The notes: a model not told the origin generated them from the sequence alone. DNA of 56,748 nucleotides, filler included, from Sphacelaria rigidula (GCA_964200075.2; 6 parts of 6 records of this genome joined end to end with filler, not necessarily neighbours in it); one strand, 5' to 3'. Shown: positions 9,772 to 21,924, numbered from the whole stretch's first letter. Made by a program: numbers and translations.

Positions 9772-12567
9772 CTGATCGTACTGGTGGATAGGGGTGCATC
9801 TGGACACTAACTGGACAGCGACCTCGCTCCCGGAATTCAACGCCAAATGATCAACCTAGCGAAGCTGAAGCAGCCTCACAGGATGGTTACCGCTGGTAAA
9901 CATATCATGGAAGGTGTTGCAACGGGCACCATTTCTAGTCCTGTCACCGACCAAGACGGGGAGAAGCACCCGGTTTCACTCTCGATCATCATCGTGCCTG
10001 GTCTGTGACGGCACCTCTTTTCAGTAGCTGCGGCATCAAACGTGGGGGCTGTTACCTTTTCCGACTCAGTTCCATCACACCTGGAGATGGGAAGCATCAC
10101 TCTACCGTTGAAACGACTTGGGGATGACGAATCGTTGGACTCCTTTTCGTTAGATCTGAGGGGTGGAACAACGGGAATGACCATGCGAGCAGAGTTTGCG
10201 AATCTGTGGCACCGGCGTTTGGGACACGTCAACCGCAGGAGTCTGGATGTCTTAAAGAAGGTGGACGGCAACGGCGTCAACTACGACGGGGACATGTCAG
10301 CTTGCGATGTCTGTGCCATCGGAAAACGCACACAACAATCTCACCCCAAGGAAGCTACCTACAACGTCACTTGTGCCTTTCAACCAGTCTACACCGACCT
10401 TATGGGGCCCATCACTCCTCCCGTGTTGGGGAGCTACAACTTTGTCAGCACGCTCGCCGACCAGGTGACCAAGTGGAAAGAGATATTCCTCATCGGGGAC
10501 AATAGCGACTCCATCGACTCTCTCAAAATGTTCGTGCAAGTGCTCGTTCCAAGTGAGTTGTGAGTCGAGCGCCTCCGCACGGATAGACGCGGAAAGCACA
10601 CTGGTGATGCGTTCAAAGACTTCTGTCTTCAGACTGGCATTCGACAGGAGTTCGCCTCAACAAAAACACCACAGCAGATTGGTGCCTGACACTTTCTACG
10701 ATAGCCGCCCCCAAAAAAGTGCATGGTTTTGGGAGGCAAACTCCTCACGTAAATCGAGATGGGAAACGTCGAGCACAGCGAGAAGCTGGGAATTCCCATG
10801 CTTGNNNNNNNNNNAGCCTGAACCCGAACATCAGGCGCTGTATGGTCATTTGTTTCGTGACACTTTTAGCTGGTTTGGGGGGGGGGCTATCGTAGAAAGT
10901 GTCGCCTACGAGCGAGACGGGAGGTCTCTCGCCGGGATGGTGCGCTGCCTTCTTACGGACTCCGGCCTGCCGAATTTTCTGGGGGGAGGACTCATGCAAA
11001 CCGCGGTATACCTAGCGAACCGGGTGCCGCATGCAGCCCTGGGAAATATCACGCCGTACAATGACTTTCACGGCAAGGAGGCAAACCTTAGACATCTTCG
11101 GGTCATCGGACCCAGGGCGTTTGTTCACGTCGAAACGCACACCAAGAAGCTCGACCCCCAGGCTTGGGAAGGACGGCTCTGTGGGTACATCATGGACAGC
11201 AAGTCGTTTCGGATCTACAATCCAGCAAAGAAGAACGTGAGGGAGAGCAGGAAGGTCATTTTTATCGACACGCCATCTATCCTGCGGGCTCCGGAATTGA
11301 CGGGCGATTTCAACAACACTGATTTCACGTACCAGGACCATCACCAACTTGTGAGAGACGTGAGGAACTACACTTCACGCCTTGACCTCAATTCGCCGTT
11401 CAACCACATTGCGGGGGTCGATCTATCGGGATCGGATAACGAGGAAGTTTGGATCATTGTGGAGAAAATCCGCGAAATTACTGCTCATGATCTGCGCTTA
11501 CGCGCCGGATCAGGGCCTGCATCGCTTGGGGAGAGTTCGCCGGCGGAAGCTATGCCGAGTGGAGAATCAAGAGGAACATCTTCGAATGCCTCAGAAAAGG
11601 TATCTTCGTCTTCTGCGGCAGGTACCTCTCGTTCCAAGACGCGGAGCACCCCTTCCGCCCGAACATCGAGTGCGCCAGGACACCTGGCGACACGATCCAG
11701 CGGGCAACCTCTCGCTAATCCCAACACGCCCGACGACGGAGTTAGCGCGGCAACTTTGCGCGAACTCAATTCGTTGACATACTACATCAAGGAGGTGGTG
11801 AGGGGCGTTTCCCACCACGAGGACGCGCTAAATTTTGTAGAGTACGCCCTCGCCGCCACCAATACCTAACTGCAATGTCGTTCGGAGGGAGAGAGGGTGA
11901 ACACAATTCCAAACACCCTTAAGGAGGCTATGGAGCTACCAGAAGCACAATACTGGAAAGCCGCGTCCCACAAGGAGACGAAGAGTCTGCAGGAACTCGG
12001 GGTCTACTCCCTGGTACCTTCCTCCACGATTTCTCCGGGAATGAAAGCGATCGAGTCAAGGTGGGTGTATATAATCAAGGCCGACGAAACTCACAAGGGG
12101 CGCCCGGTAGCTCAGGGTTGGAGTCAGGTGCCAGGCAGGGACTGCGGTCGATGTCATCGTACTTCATGATGATGGCAAAGGCCCCGGTGAGCTTCAAGTC
12201 GGGGCTGCAGAGTCTCACGGCCATGTCGACGATGGAAGCCGAGATGGTGCCTGCGGCACTAGCAATGAAGGAGGCTGTGTTCTGCTCAAACATGATGACG
12301 GAGTTGGGATTCGAGGCGGAGTTTGACATCGTGCCACTAACTATCGATAACACGGCTACGCTCCATGTACTCGGCAATCGGACTTCCAGCGTTCGCACGA
12401 AGCACGTAGCCTTACGTTTCTTCTACATCCGCGAAATGGTGAAGGAGGGCAAGATCAAGATCCACTACGTATCCACGGAGGACCAACTTGCTGATATCGG
12501 AACGAAACACCTCAACGAGGAGCGTCACCGGTACCTCACCAACAAAATCAAGATCTTCGGTGCCTGA
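9772..12567 (+). pseudogene. pol: Copia pol (PR, IN, truncated RT, RNase H)
   Basis: Motifs as above. In-frame stops, a MITE insertion at 10688-10903 and a deletion of the RT core near 12145. Confidence 0.92.
10688..10903. mobile_element. MITE with GACACTTTCTACGATAGCC terminal inverted repeats and 4-bp TSD (GCCT)
   Basis: Perfect 19-bp TIR. GCCT at 10684-10687 and 10904-10907. Removing the element and one GCCT restores integrase QIGAYERDGRSL. Contains a 10-N gap. Confidence 0.92.
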
Positions 12568-13220
12568 ACAGCGATAAGAATCTTGGTCAAGAATATTCGA
12601 CGTCAATCACGTCATCGTGGTAGAAAATGAAGGGGGGGGTTCAGCATCTGTGTCAACGATTGACGGTAGGTCGAAGTACTCCGAGCGCAGCAGTCTGCGC
12701 TGGAACATATGAATGGTGGTTTCATGAATCGTTACCGAGTTTGTTTTATGAAAGGCGTTGCAAGTGCTGCCAGATCTTCTCCATGATTGTTATCTTGTTT
12801 TGGTTGTCCGTCATCCTGTGAGATTTTCTTGCAGTAGTACCGGTATTGCAGAGAGAGTACAAGTAGTCGTTTTGAAGGTACCACAACATCCGCGTGTAGT
12901 GTGTATTCTTCCCAAGGCAATTTCAACTCATGAAGAGTATACAAACTGTTCAACAACCGGCATTCATTGATGTTGTGGTGGAAATGGAATTTATTTGGCT
13001 CATTACAAGCACGTGGAAATTCTAAAAGCAATTGAAATTTTCTTGGTACATCGACATTGATTTCCCATCAGGTACCGTTCCGACGTAAGCTCTATAGTAA
13101 AAAGCGCCAAATCAAGTTGGCACTTGGGGGGGGGGGGTAAGTGAGGTAGTCATTGGGGTTGATTAGTTGTGATCTACAACCATGCAATACGGAGTATTGT
13201 TTGCGCACGCAACTTCCATT

Positions 13221-13229
13221 GAAGGGGAG
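13221..13229 (+). other. Polypurine tract of the copia element
   Basis: GAAGGGGAG immediately before the TG start of the LTR. Confidence 0.8.
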
Positions 13230-13577
13230 TGTTAGGGATAGACTTTGGCGTAGACTATCCAGGCAATACTCAGTGACATAGCGCAGGTAGCATGCGTCGT
13301 TTGGTGTTCATGAAGAGCAACCGCTGTCGATTGAAACGTCGAATATAGGAACTTTCTAGAGTACGTCTAGAACACATACACTGTACATCGATGTGAGTAA
13401 CGGTCTAGTACGATCGAGAATCTTTGATAGGACTAAGATACGAAGTCTTGAGAAGAAGAGCACAAGAGAACTCACGAGCCCTACTCTTTCACTCTTCACT
13501 TCTCCAACCTCTCAAGTGGAGTTCCACAATCCATTGTACTCTACAAGTCTGTGTTGGCCATAAGCGCCCATTCAACA
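13230..13577 (+). repeat. 3' LTR of the copia element (348 bp)
   Basis: Begins TGTTAG after the PPT and ends TCAACA (TGTT..AACA termini). The 5' LTR is not in the contig, so the right boundary rests on the terminal motif alone. Confidence 0.75.
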
Positions 13578-14294
13578 TCAAATATTTCTTGCACAGTTGA
13601 GCTGCAGCTCGCGCGGTAGCTTAACAACTGCCAGTGTCAGTCTACTGCAGCCACTTGTGGGTGTACAGCAACACATCCACAACAATGCCGAGGTCGTGCC
13701 GGTTAGTCCCTTCGAACGCGACAACGCTGACCGCACACCAATACCGCCCCTGAAGATGGCTTCGTTCGCTGACATGGGCTTCATCACGTTCGACGATGAG
13801 ATATGATCTGCACCCCATAGTTCGCCTAACTTTTAGCACAGAGGATGACAGGAATATGTACAATGAAGAGAGTGCCGGCCCTGTTCAATTGACGTGTAGT
13901 GTAATCGCTTTTGTTCCCCTCTATATGTGGCAAAATCTGTAGCGCAAAGCTGCGCGGATGAGTTATGACCAAACTGACGTGTTGATCGGACGTTGACTGC
14001 AAGGTACGGCTGGTGCATCTGCGAATTGCTGCCGACCCTAAAACGAAATAAATCTTAGATGAAAAAGTAGTCGGTTGTCGCTTCTACTTTCTTCACACTT
14101 TTTCGATTTGATGATGTTCTGTTTATTCTGTTGCGTTCTGTGTCTTCCATCAGGACGTCAGGAATCGACATTTCTGTTATGGATTCCGGTAGTGACTGCT
14201 TTCATGCAGCTTTTCTTGATTTTCGTCATCCTGTTTCGTCGAGTGCGACCCTCTCAGCCCGCCATCGGAACGGGGAAGTCACAACGAAATATTC

Positions 14295-15967
14295 CAAGGT
14301 TGTGTTCTAAAAGGTACGGGCACGTTCTGTAGGGTATGAGATTCCTTATATAACTTACAGAACCGTCGGCTACCGGTGTGAAAGACTTACAGAAGTCACA
14401 GAACTTGTCGGGTACGGTATGAGAGGCTTACAGAAAACCGGTACCGGCAATCGGGTAACTCTTTTAAGGTATACCCGCCCCTCGGGTAAGGGTATGGGAG
14501 GCTTACAGAACTCACAGAAACTGTTGCGTAGGGTATGGAGATTGCACAGAAAACCGTACCCGCAACCGGGTATCTTATCATGAGCATACCCGTGCCCCCC
14601 GGTAACGGTACGGGAGGGCTACAGAACTCACAGAACTATCGGGTACGGGTATGAAGGTCTTACAGAGTCTACAGAACTGTCGGGTACGGTAAATACCCGG
14701 CAAAATACCCCGGGTATACAGAAAGTCGTACCCTGCAAGATAATACCTTGTTATCATCATCACCCCTGTGGTAGGACCTGCGTCACTACAACAGTGGCGA
14801 AATACAAAAGATGACAGTTCACGAAAACTTTGAACGGCTTCACGGGGTTGATAGAGAAAGACTACACGAACAATCAGAGTAGTAGATGTGCATGGGATCG
14901 TCAACATCTATCGGCTTCACGTACACTCCTGGAGAGTACATGAAGGAGCATTCACGGATGCCCGTTCTCTGGAAGCCCTTCGGCATTCGACAAAATCGCC
15001 GACGGCCTTGACGACGTTCGGTGTTAGCTCATACCCTGTGCTGTACATGTCGATAACGGTCTGGGGTTTGATTACCACGACACAACCATCATCAACGTCG
15101 ACGACATGCGTCTTGCTACTTGATCTGCTGGTGGCGCAGATGAATCGTCCCCGCTCGAGTCACCACTCGAGTCTGGGGTGATCCATTCTGACGGTCTGCA
15201 GTGCTGCTTATGCTTCGTGTTTCCACCCAGCGGTACCTCGTATCCCACCAGGGCCCAAACTACAGAACTTTTTAACATTGCATTATTGTTGGTGTGCAGT
15301 TTTGAATGAAGGAGTTGGGCGGGTTGATCGATGGGAGGTACATGTTCAGATCATGAGGTTGTGTTTGGATTAAACCTATATCCGTGCCCCCCCAAGGTAT
15401 ATACCTGTGCTCATACCTACAGTCGGGTATATCTATAACGGTATACCCTCACCCCGGGTAGGGGTATGGGAGGCTTACAGAGCTCACAGAACTGTCGGGT
15501 ACCGGTACTGGATGAAAGTCTTACAGAAATTACAGAACTTATCGGGTACGTTTTAGGGAGGCTTACAGAAAACCGGTACCGGCAATCGGGTATTTCTTCA
15601 AGAGCATACCCGCACTCCGGGTACAGGTAAATATTCTGTACAGAACTCACAGAACTGTCGAGTAAGAGTATGGGAGGCTTACCGAACTCACAGAGACTGT
15701 CGGGTAGGGTATGGAGGTTGCACAGAAAACCGTACCCGCAATCGGGTATCTTATCAAAAGCGTACCCGTGCCCCACGGTAACGAATCGAGAGTCTTAAAG
15801 ACATTACAGAACTATCGGGTAAGGGTATGAAAGTCTTACAGAAGTCACAGAACTGTCGAGTACCGGTATGAAAGTCTTACAGAAGTCACGGAACTGTCGG
15901 CTACGGTGAATACCCGGAAAAATCCCCCGGGTATACAGAAACCCGTACCCTACAGAACACAACCTTG
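14295..15967. mobile_element. hAT-like non-autonomous element or composite with internal subrepeat arrays
   Basis: Outer TIR CAAGGTTGTGTTCT..GGTACGGG versus CCCGTACC..AGAACACAACCTTG. Flanks AAATATTC and GGATATTC match 6 of 8, a possible decayed 8-bp TSD. Arrays of TTACAGAACTCACAGAACTGTCGGGTA at 14320-14730 and 15420-15950. Confidence 0.7.
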
Positions 15968-16313
15968 GGATATTCTGCAGCTCAACACCACCATCGCGCC
16001 GAGCTGCTTCAGCGCATTTCCTCTCTTGTTCGACAAATCCGATTATGCCGGCTGACTATTGTGCTGCTAAAGCAGATCGTCCGCGCGCTGTACACTGGGG
16101 CTCAAGACTCCACCGCTTCTCGCCGACGAGCACCTAAGCCGCGCATGCACCAACACTGACGCCGACGCAGACGCCGACGCCGACACGGACACCGCGCCGG
16201 CCGTCCCAAGGCCTGAATTCCTGCCCGTCCGGCGGGTAAACCGGTATGCATCGGGACTGACGACTGCGGTCAGAGCTTGGTCACCCCCGGGTACGAGCTG
16301 GACGCGGGGCAAC

Positions 16314-16420
16314 GGCCGCTCCGGCGAGCCGGTGACGTGCGACACCGCATGAAGGGTGGACAGAAACGGCCACTCTGGCGACGCGGTGACGTGTAACACC
16401 CCATGGGGGTCAGAGGGAGA
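16314..16420. repeat. Two tandem copies of a unit of about 54 bp
   Basis: GGCCGCTCCGGCGAGCCGGTGACGTGCGACACCGCATG versus GGCCACTCTGGCGACGCGGTGACGTGTAACACCCCATG. Preceded by GACGCC hexamers at 16158-16190. Confidence 0.7.
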
Positions 16421-18616
16421 GGTGCTGGGTGGTGAAACGCGCTTTCCACCATCAGAGAGATTGCGCATGAGCGTTCTACTCCAGGAGCGGAAGAGGAAAC
16501 GGACGTGTCTGGGACAGAAACACAAGAGGACGCGGGTGCGGCGGGCCAGGTAAGCTTGGTAGAAACCGATCCCGAAGGAAACAGTCGGGGTGACTTTGGG
16601 AAGAATTTCAACGAATTGGACTCTTGTGACTTGCGCGTACTCTACTGCTGGCCTGTGTGCCAAGTCCGCATCGAAGATCCTTTCCATCCTCCCCGAACTC
16701 TGACTGAAACAGAGTCAGCCGGGCGTGAAGTGGAAGAGGAAGAGCAGAGAAATCTTCGGGGCAAAAGACTTGACAGATGTCGTGTTCGAGTCCCCCAAGC
16801 CGAAGGGGCAACGGACAGCAACGTTGTTGCGGTTGGCAAAGATAGGCTGCCACCCCCGGAACGCAGATCTCAAGGTCTCTGAGGGCAAGGTTGTGTCGAT
16901 CAAAACTCAGAAAGGCCGACTGTTGTGGCAGCCGATTCTTTTGGGGGATTACAAGTAGAATAGATTATAGATCTATCTGTAGTTGCAGTCAAGAGAAGAG
17001 CGTCCGAGTACAGGGTTTCATCGCGGCACCATGAGGTTTCACGTTGGTATCGTGTAGTTCTCTTGAACTATCTTGAGCTGTTGTGTTTGTCTCGCAGTCG
17101 ACTCCAGGCATCGTTTTGGTTGTTCTTGTATGACTCTTGTATCTTTGCTTAGTGACTCGGTACTTTGGGTCATACTCTTGGCATATGGTGCACGCTATAC
17201 CTTGTCTTTCTTGTGTCACCATGACTTGTTTGTCGGCACGCTTGTGTACCCCAAAAGAGCAGAGGCTGTGAAGATGCTCAGCTACCTCAAGTCCCGGATT
17301 ATCGAGCGCCACCTGGTACGACTGTGGCCGCAGCCGTGGGGGTTACGTGTGGGGCGTCCGACCACAGATGAGATTGCTCTTTTTCACAAGGCTTTAAAAG
17401 ATGCGACGCCTATTCTTCGGGCTTCCGGCTCACACATCGCCGCGCCCCGGTAGTCTCATGGTACAACTGATCCATTATTGTAGGACGGGGAAACATGGGT
17501 TCGATAGTCGCCACATGCGTCTTGTTTGGCTTTTTTTCTCACGAGAATGTGATATTCGTCCTTGAAAACCTGAGGGGGTACGCGAGTGAGAGCAAAAGCA
17601 GACTGTTTGGCTGTGCTTTTTTTACGGCAGTTGACGCGATGCGGGAGTGCGTGTTGATCCAAGCCGCGGTACAAAAATGTAGGGCGTGTACCGCGGGGGT
17701 AAGATGGCCTACTCCTTTTCAGACCACAGGGGCGTCTCGAGGAAGGGATGGGTTAGCTTTGATAAAAAAACATGGGATGGGATAGTTGAAGAACACTCGG
17801 CGTGACTGCCAGTAGCCGTGATAGCTCTCTGTCTGATGGGTTGTTGAGCTTCCATGTCCGTCGTTAACTCCGACCTCTGGTCATGGTGGTACTATAGCGT
17901 TTAGTCAAAATTCGGATCGTCGATAGGGCTCCGTGGTCTTCATGGCAAATTCGAATTTCGTCCCTCTCACATCCAGCTCAAACAGTTCAAACTTCAACCG
18001 TCCTCGCAATAACCTCTTGGAGCACCTCGTCGGGTTTTCGAGTGCTTCCTCGCACGCGTATTCCAGCCCAACCATCGACTATGGCCGCAACCGTGGGCGT
18101 CATAAAGATGGGTAAGATTGCTGTTATTCACGGTCTCTAAAAAGCTCGAGAGGGTCGTTGTCAGCTGCAACACTTGCAGTTTTCCTCACGTGATGTGAAT
18201 GAAGGGGTGTGCACTCAGGGGTATCATAAACTGATCTAATCTTTCTCCGAAGAAAGTAGGAGCAGGTTTCGCAACCAGTTCAGGCAATCGATCAATTATT
18301 ATAGGACTTATTACATATTTTCGGAGAAGAGTGATTCCGCGATACCTTTCCCCCGAAGATTTGAACAAAACGGCCACTAAAAAAAGGCAGTGTTGTACAG
18401 CATATTGAGATGATGGGTGGGATCAGAAACCAGGTCTTGCGATGTCTTATGAAGGATGCAGATAGCAGGTTTCTAGAAACCAGTTCTCAGAAATATCATG
18501 GAATATATATATATATACATATAACTGGTTCGAGAAACGAACTCTAGACGTCTCACATGTAGATTTTGCCTCGGTCCTCATTGCACTTTTCTGGGGGGGG
18601 GGCTACCGTGGAATCA

Positions 18617-18752
18617 CTGAAAAGTCGGGAAAATATCCAACGGATCTGAAGCAGTTGAAAAAAATGAAAACGATGTCCCGTTAGGATCGTTATCAACGGG
18701 ACTTTTTGTCCAGACTGTTTTTACTTTTTCGGGAATTTTTCCGACTTTTCAG
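18617..18752. repeat. Imperfect palindrome, small fold-back element
   Basis: Outer arms CTGAAAAGTCGG / CCGACTTTTCAG; inner arms GTCCCGTT / AACGGGAC. Confidence 0.75.
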
Positions 18753-18794
18753 GGACAAAAATTGCCGAAAACAAAACAACGCTATATTTTCCGA

Positions 18795-18851
18795 GACACT
18801 TTCTACGATAGCCCCCCCCCAAAACCAGCTGAAAGTGTCACGAAAAAAATG
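18795..18851. mobile_element. Terminus of the same GACAC MITE at the contig end
   Basis: GACACTTTCTACGATAGCCCCCCCCCAAAACCAGCTGAAAGTGTCACGAAA matches the reverse complement of about 10853-10903. Confidence 0.9.
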
Positions 18852-18951
18852 NNNNNNNNNNNNNNNNNNNNNNNNNNNNNNNNNNNNNNNNNNNNTTAAT
18901 TAATTAANNNNNNNNNNNNNNNNNNNNNNNNNNNNNNNNNNNNNNNNNNNN
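18852..18951. other. Artificial contig-joining spacer
   Basis: Same N44-TTAATTAATTAA-N44 structure. Confidence 0.97.
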
Positions 18952-19004
18952 GTTTTCGTGACACTTTTAGCTGGTTTTGGGGGGGGGCTATCGTAGAAAG
19001 TGTC
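18952..19004. mobile_element. Terminus of the same GACAC MITE at the contig start, abutting gypsy RT sequence
   Basis: Near-identical to about 10853-10903. Confidence 0.9.
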
Positions 19005-20400
19005 ACGGATGCTGTGACGAAAGGCCTCAGCGTTCCCAAAGCGGAACGCCTGCGCGGTATCTTGCATCGTCGCGTCAAGGCGTTTCGTCGTGCGCTGCGG
19101 GGTGATCCCCCAGCGCGCGTGGAGCCCATGCGTGTTCAGCTGAACCTTCGGGCATCCGCGGTGAAGGCGAAGCCGCGGCGGTACGATCCGGTGAAGTCGA
19201 GCTGGTTGGCATCGTGTATGGCGGCTTTTTTGGCGCTCGGGTTGGTGTTACGGAATGTGCAGGCGGTATGGTCCAGTCCGGATATGACGTTTCCGAAGAA
19301 GGTTGCATAGTGGACGGAGGGCAGGCTGCAGGCGTGGGCGGCAGCGAAGGATCTGGTGGCTCATGCCGTGACGCTGCTTCATCCTCGTCCTGATTCTCAG
19401 GTGTTTGTATTTCCGTTTGCATCTGAGTGCCATAGAGATAGTTTGGTCATGCAGGTGCCTACAGCTGAAATTTAAATGCCTGTGCGCGCTGTGGCTGTGT
19501 ATGGTCCGTGTGAACCTGATGACTCGATGCCGTCCAAATCTGTTGTCCGCCAAGCCCAACAAGACCTTGGGGCCGAAGATACGGATGTGCAATCTTTCGA
19601 GTCGGACGTTGGTACTGCTATCTTGGACAATGAAGGTCTGTTTCGTGTACATGTGCGTGGCCGAAACGTTTGGTGGATTCCGAGTTCTGACAAGCAGTTG
19701 CAGGTACGTCTGATGATTTGCGCGCACATGCGCGACGCTGGGCATCGTGGTGTGGCTGCGACGCTCGTGGCCTTGCAAGAGTTTTGTGTCTGGCAGGGGA
19801 TAGAAACTCATGTGCGCGAATTTGTCCGCCAGCGTCTTCACTGTGCTGACTCGAGGGCGGGCGGTGTTGTTCCCCGCCCGCTCGGCGAAACGGTCCATGG
19901 GACCACGCCGAATGAAGTCGTTCATTTTGACTTCTTGTACGTGGGCGAGAGTGGCCCGCTAGCTTACCAAGGTTTGTCGGTGGATGCTGGGTTTCGATAC
20001 ATTTTGGTAATCATGGATAGTTTGAGCAACTCTGTGGCTCTGCAACCAGTAGCAGTGTGTAGTGCCGAGTCGACCGCTGCATCTTTGCTGAATTGGTGCA
20101 AAACTCTGCGGGTGCCGCGTGTGTGGGTGAGTGATACTGCCACGCATTTCAAGAATGCGATCTTGGCCCAGTTGCGAGAGGCTTTGCGCGTTGATCACCA
20201 GCTTGCGGTAGCGTATTTTTCGTGGTATAACGGTACGTGCGAACCCATGGTCAAGGAAGTAGTTCGAGCTCTTCGCTCTATTCTTCTCGAGCAGCGAAGA
20301 GGGGTTTCCGAGTGAGTGGACGTGTTGCCGGCGATGCAATCGTGACTTACTCGTCGTTTTGGCGTTTTTTATGTGTCAAGCTTCTTGGTCGATTTTGGTC
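19005..20400 (+). mobile_element. pol: Second Ty3/gypsy fragment (RT N-terminus joined to integrase, internally deleted)
   Basis: PPARVEPMRVQL..KPRRY..WSSP..PKK, then HMRDAGHRG..LHC, EVVHFDFLYV, YILVIMD, VWVSDTATHF, WYNGTCE. RT core and RNase H are absent between about 19305 and 19476. Confidence 0.9.
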
Positions 20401-20760
20401 TAACGCGCTTTGGCGGTGCTGTGACGAAAACACGCCGTTACGTTGAGTTGATAGTGATCATATGAGTAATGACCGTTGGTAGTGATGATGTGGACAATGA
20501 CCGGGGACACTGGGTTGATACTTTGGCGTGTCTAGGTGGGTGCCTTGGAAGGACACTCCTGAATAATAAGGATGTTGTGAAGGCTGACAACTGAAACTGA
20601 GGTCAGTAAGACTGGGGAGTCCCTCAACAGCAGTGATTCAACATTGCTTCCACTGGCTGGCGTCACAGGAGGCTCAAAATGTTTACCCAGCTGGAGGAAT
20701 TTTGGTAGTAGCCAAACGGCCGCGTGTGCTTATCACCCAAAAAACACTAATCGGCAAAAC

Positions 20761-21428
20761 CTCACGCCGTTTTGAGGAGTTAGACCCTGAAATTTTGCAC
20801 AGATGTTCCATGGGGCATTACGCAACTTTAGAAGGTCGAGGTTTTCGACTTTTTTCTTTCACTTTTTCACCGTTCTTCGGGGTCCCAGTTTTTCCCGGGA
20901 AACATCGATATAATCGGACCCCCTTGAAACGCTAAAGAAAAACATTTAAAAAAACTTCATCCAAAGTTGCGTAATGACCCATGGCATAATTGTGCGAATT
21001 TCAGGATTCAACTCCTCAAAACGGCGTGAGATGTTTAGCTTTCGTGCGATGAACCTTGGCGTACCGCGGTGAAACCGCAACCAACTTGATTTTCGTACCA
21101 AAACGGCGTTTTTGGACCTTTTTTGACGAGAACATGAAAATCCGAGCATCAGGTGATCGATCTTTTCGACGACATTTTGTGGGGCCCTTTCTTGGGTTAT
21201 GCGGCGACAGCTCGTTCACGAAAAAACGGGGAAACAATATCGTACTGCCGGTTTTCTGGGGTCCCAGCATGGAGACTACTTCGGAAAACAACTTCGACCC
21301 CGTCGGACCCCCGAAAAACGGTGAAAAACTCAAGAAGTAAAAACAAAATCGTCCATAGAAAGCTGCGTAATGATACATAGCATATTTGTGCAAAGTTTCA
21401 GGGTCTAACTACTAATAACGGCGTGAAG
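20761..21428. repeat. Fold-back repeat with three copies of a 68-bp arm
   Basis: 20761-20829 (CTCACGCCGTTTTGAGGAGTT..CATTACGCAACTTT) is inverted relative to 20963-21030 and to a more diverged copy at 21360-21428. Confidence 0.85.
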
Positions 21429-21924
21429 GTTTGCGCGTTTGAGGAGGACGTGGGCTTGAAACGTGCAACTCCTAACTACTTGGTTTTAGTATGGAAACGT
21501 CTATTGGGGTGAATTTTACGTCAAGCAAGAAAAACTCTATGAGGTTTTCGATTTTCTCCACTCAACTTTGTCTATGTGTTCCTTGGGTTATCCCGAGACG
21601 CATCATTTTATTTATTTATTTTAGGGCATTCTGTACCGCCTTTCGAGGGTTCCAGTATGAAGACCCCCGGAAGCCGGTAGAGAACGGAGAAACCATGAAA
21701 TATTGTCAAATATACCATTTTTTCCATTCTGAGCACCAATACCTACGGAACTGCCAAGTTTGAGGGCGATCTGACCTTTTCTACAATAGATAGAGGGGAC
21801 ACCGTCACGAGGCTCCCTTGGTCCCTCGTGCGTATATCATTATTAGTAGAAATTAGACGACGCCAACACGGTTAATGCACACCGTTAATGTGAAGACAAC
21901 AATAACAACAACAAACACCCGAAA

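Larger units (their letters stand above)
9477..13577 (+). mobile_element. Decayed Ty1/copia LTR retrotransposon, 5' end cut by the contig edge
   Basis: Copia order PR-IN-RT-RH: LVDRGASGH (9781), LWHRRLGH..CDVC, YTDLMGP, TKKLDPQAWEGRLCGY, PNTLKEAM..RWVY..VAQGWSQ, STMEAE..RTKHVALRFFYIRE..DQLADIGTK. Followed by PPT and LTR. Confidence 0.95.

Noticed and set aside
10553..11869. 438-aa ORF as an intact gene
   Set aside because: It is a chimera of off-frame integrase, MITE sequence and an N gap, joined to the real integrase C-terminus.
18795..19004. Apparent single MITE spanning the gap with perfect inverted ends
   Set aside because: Both sides are the same end type, the flanks (CCGA and ACGG) are not a TSD, and they belong to different contigs.
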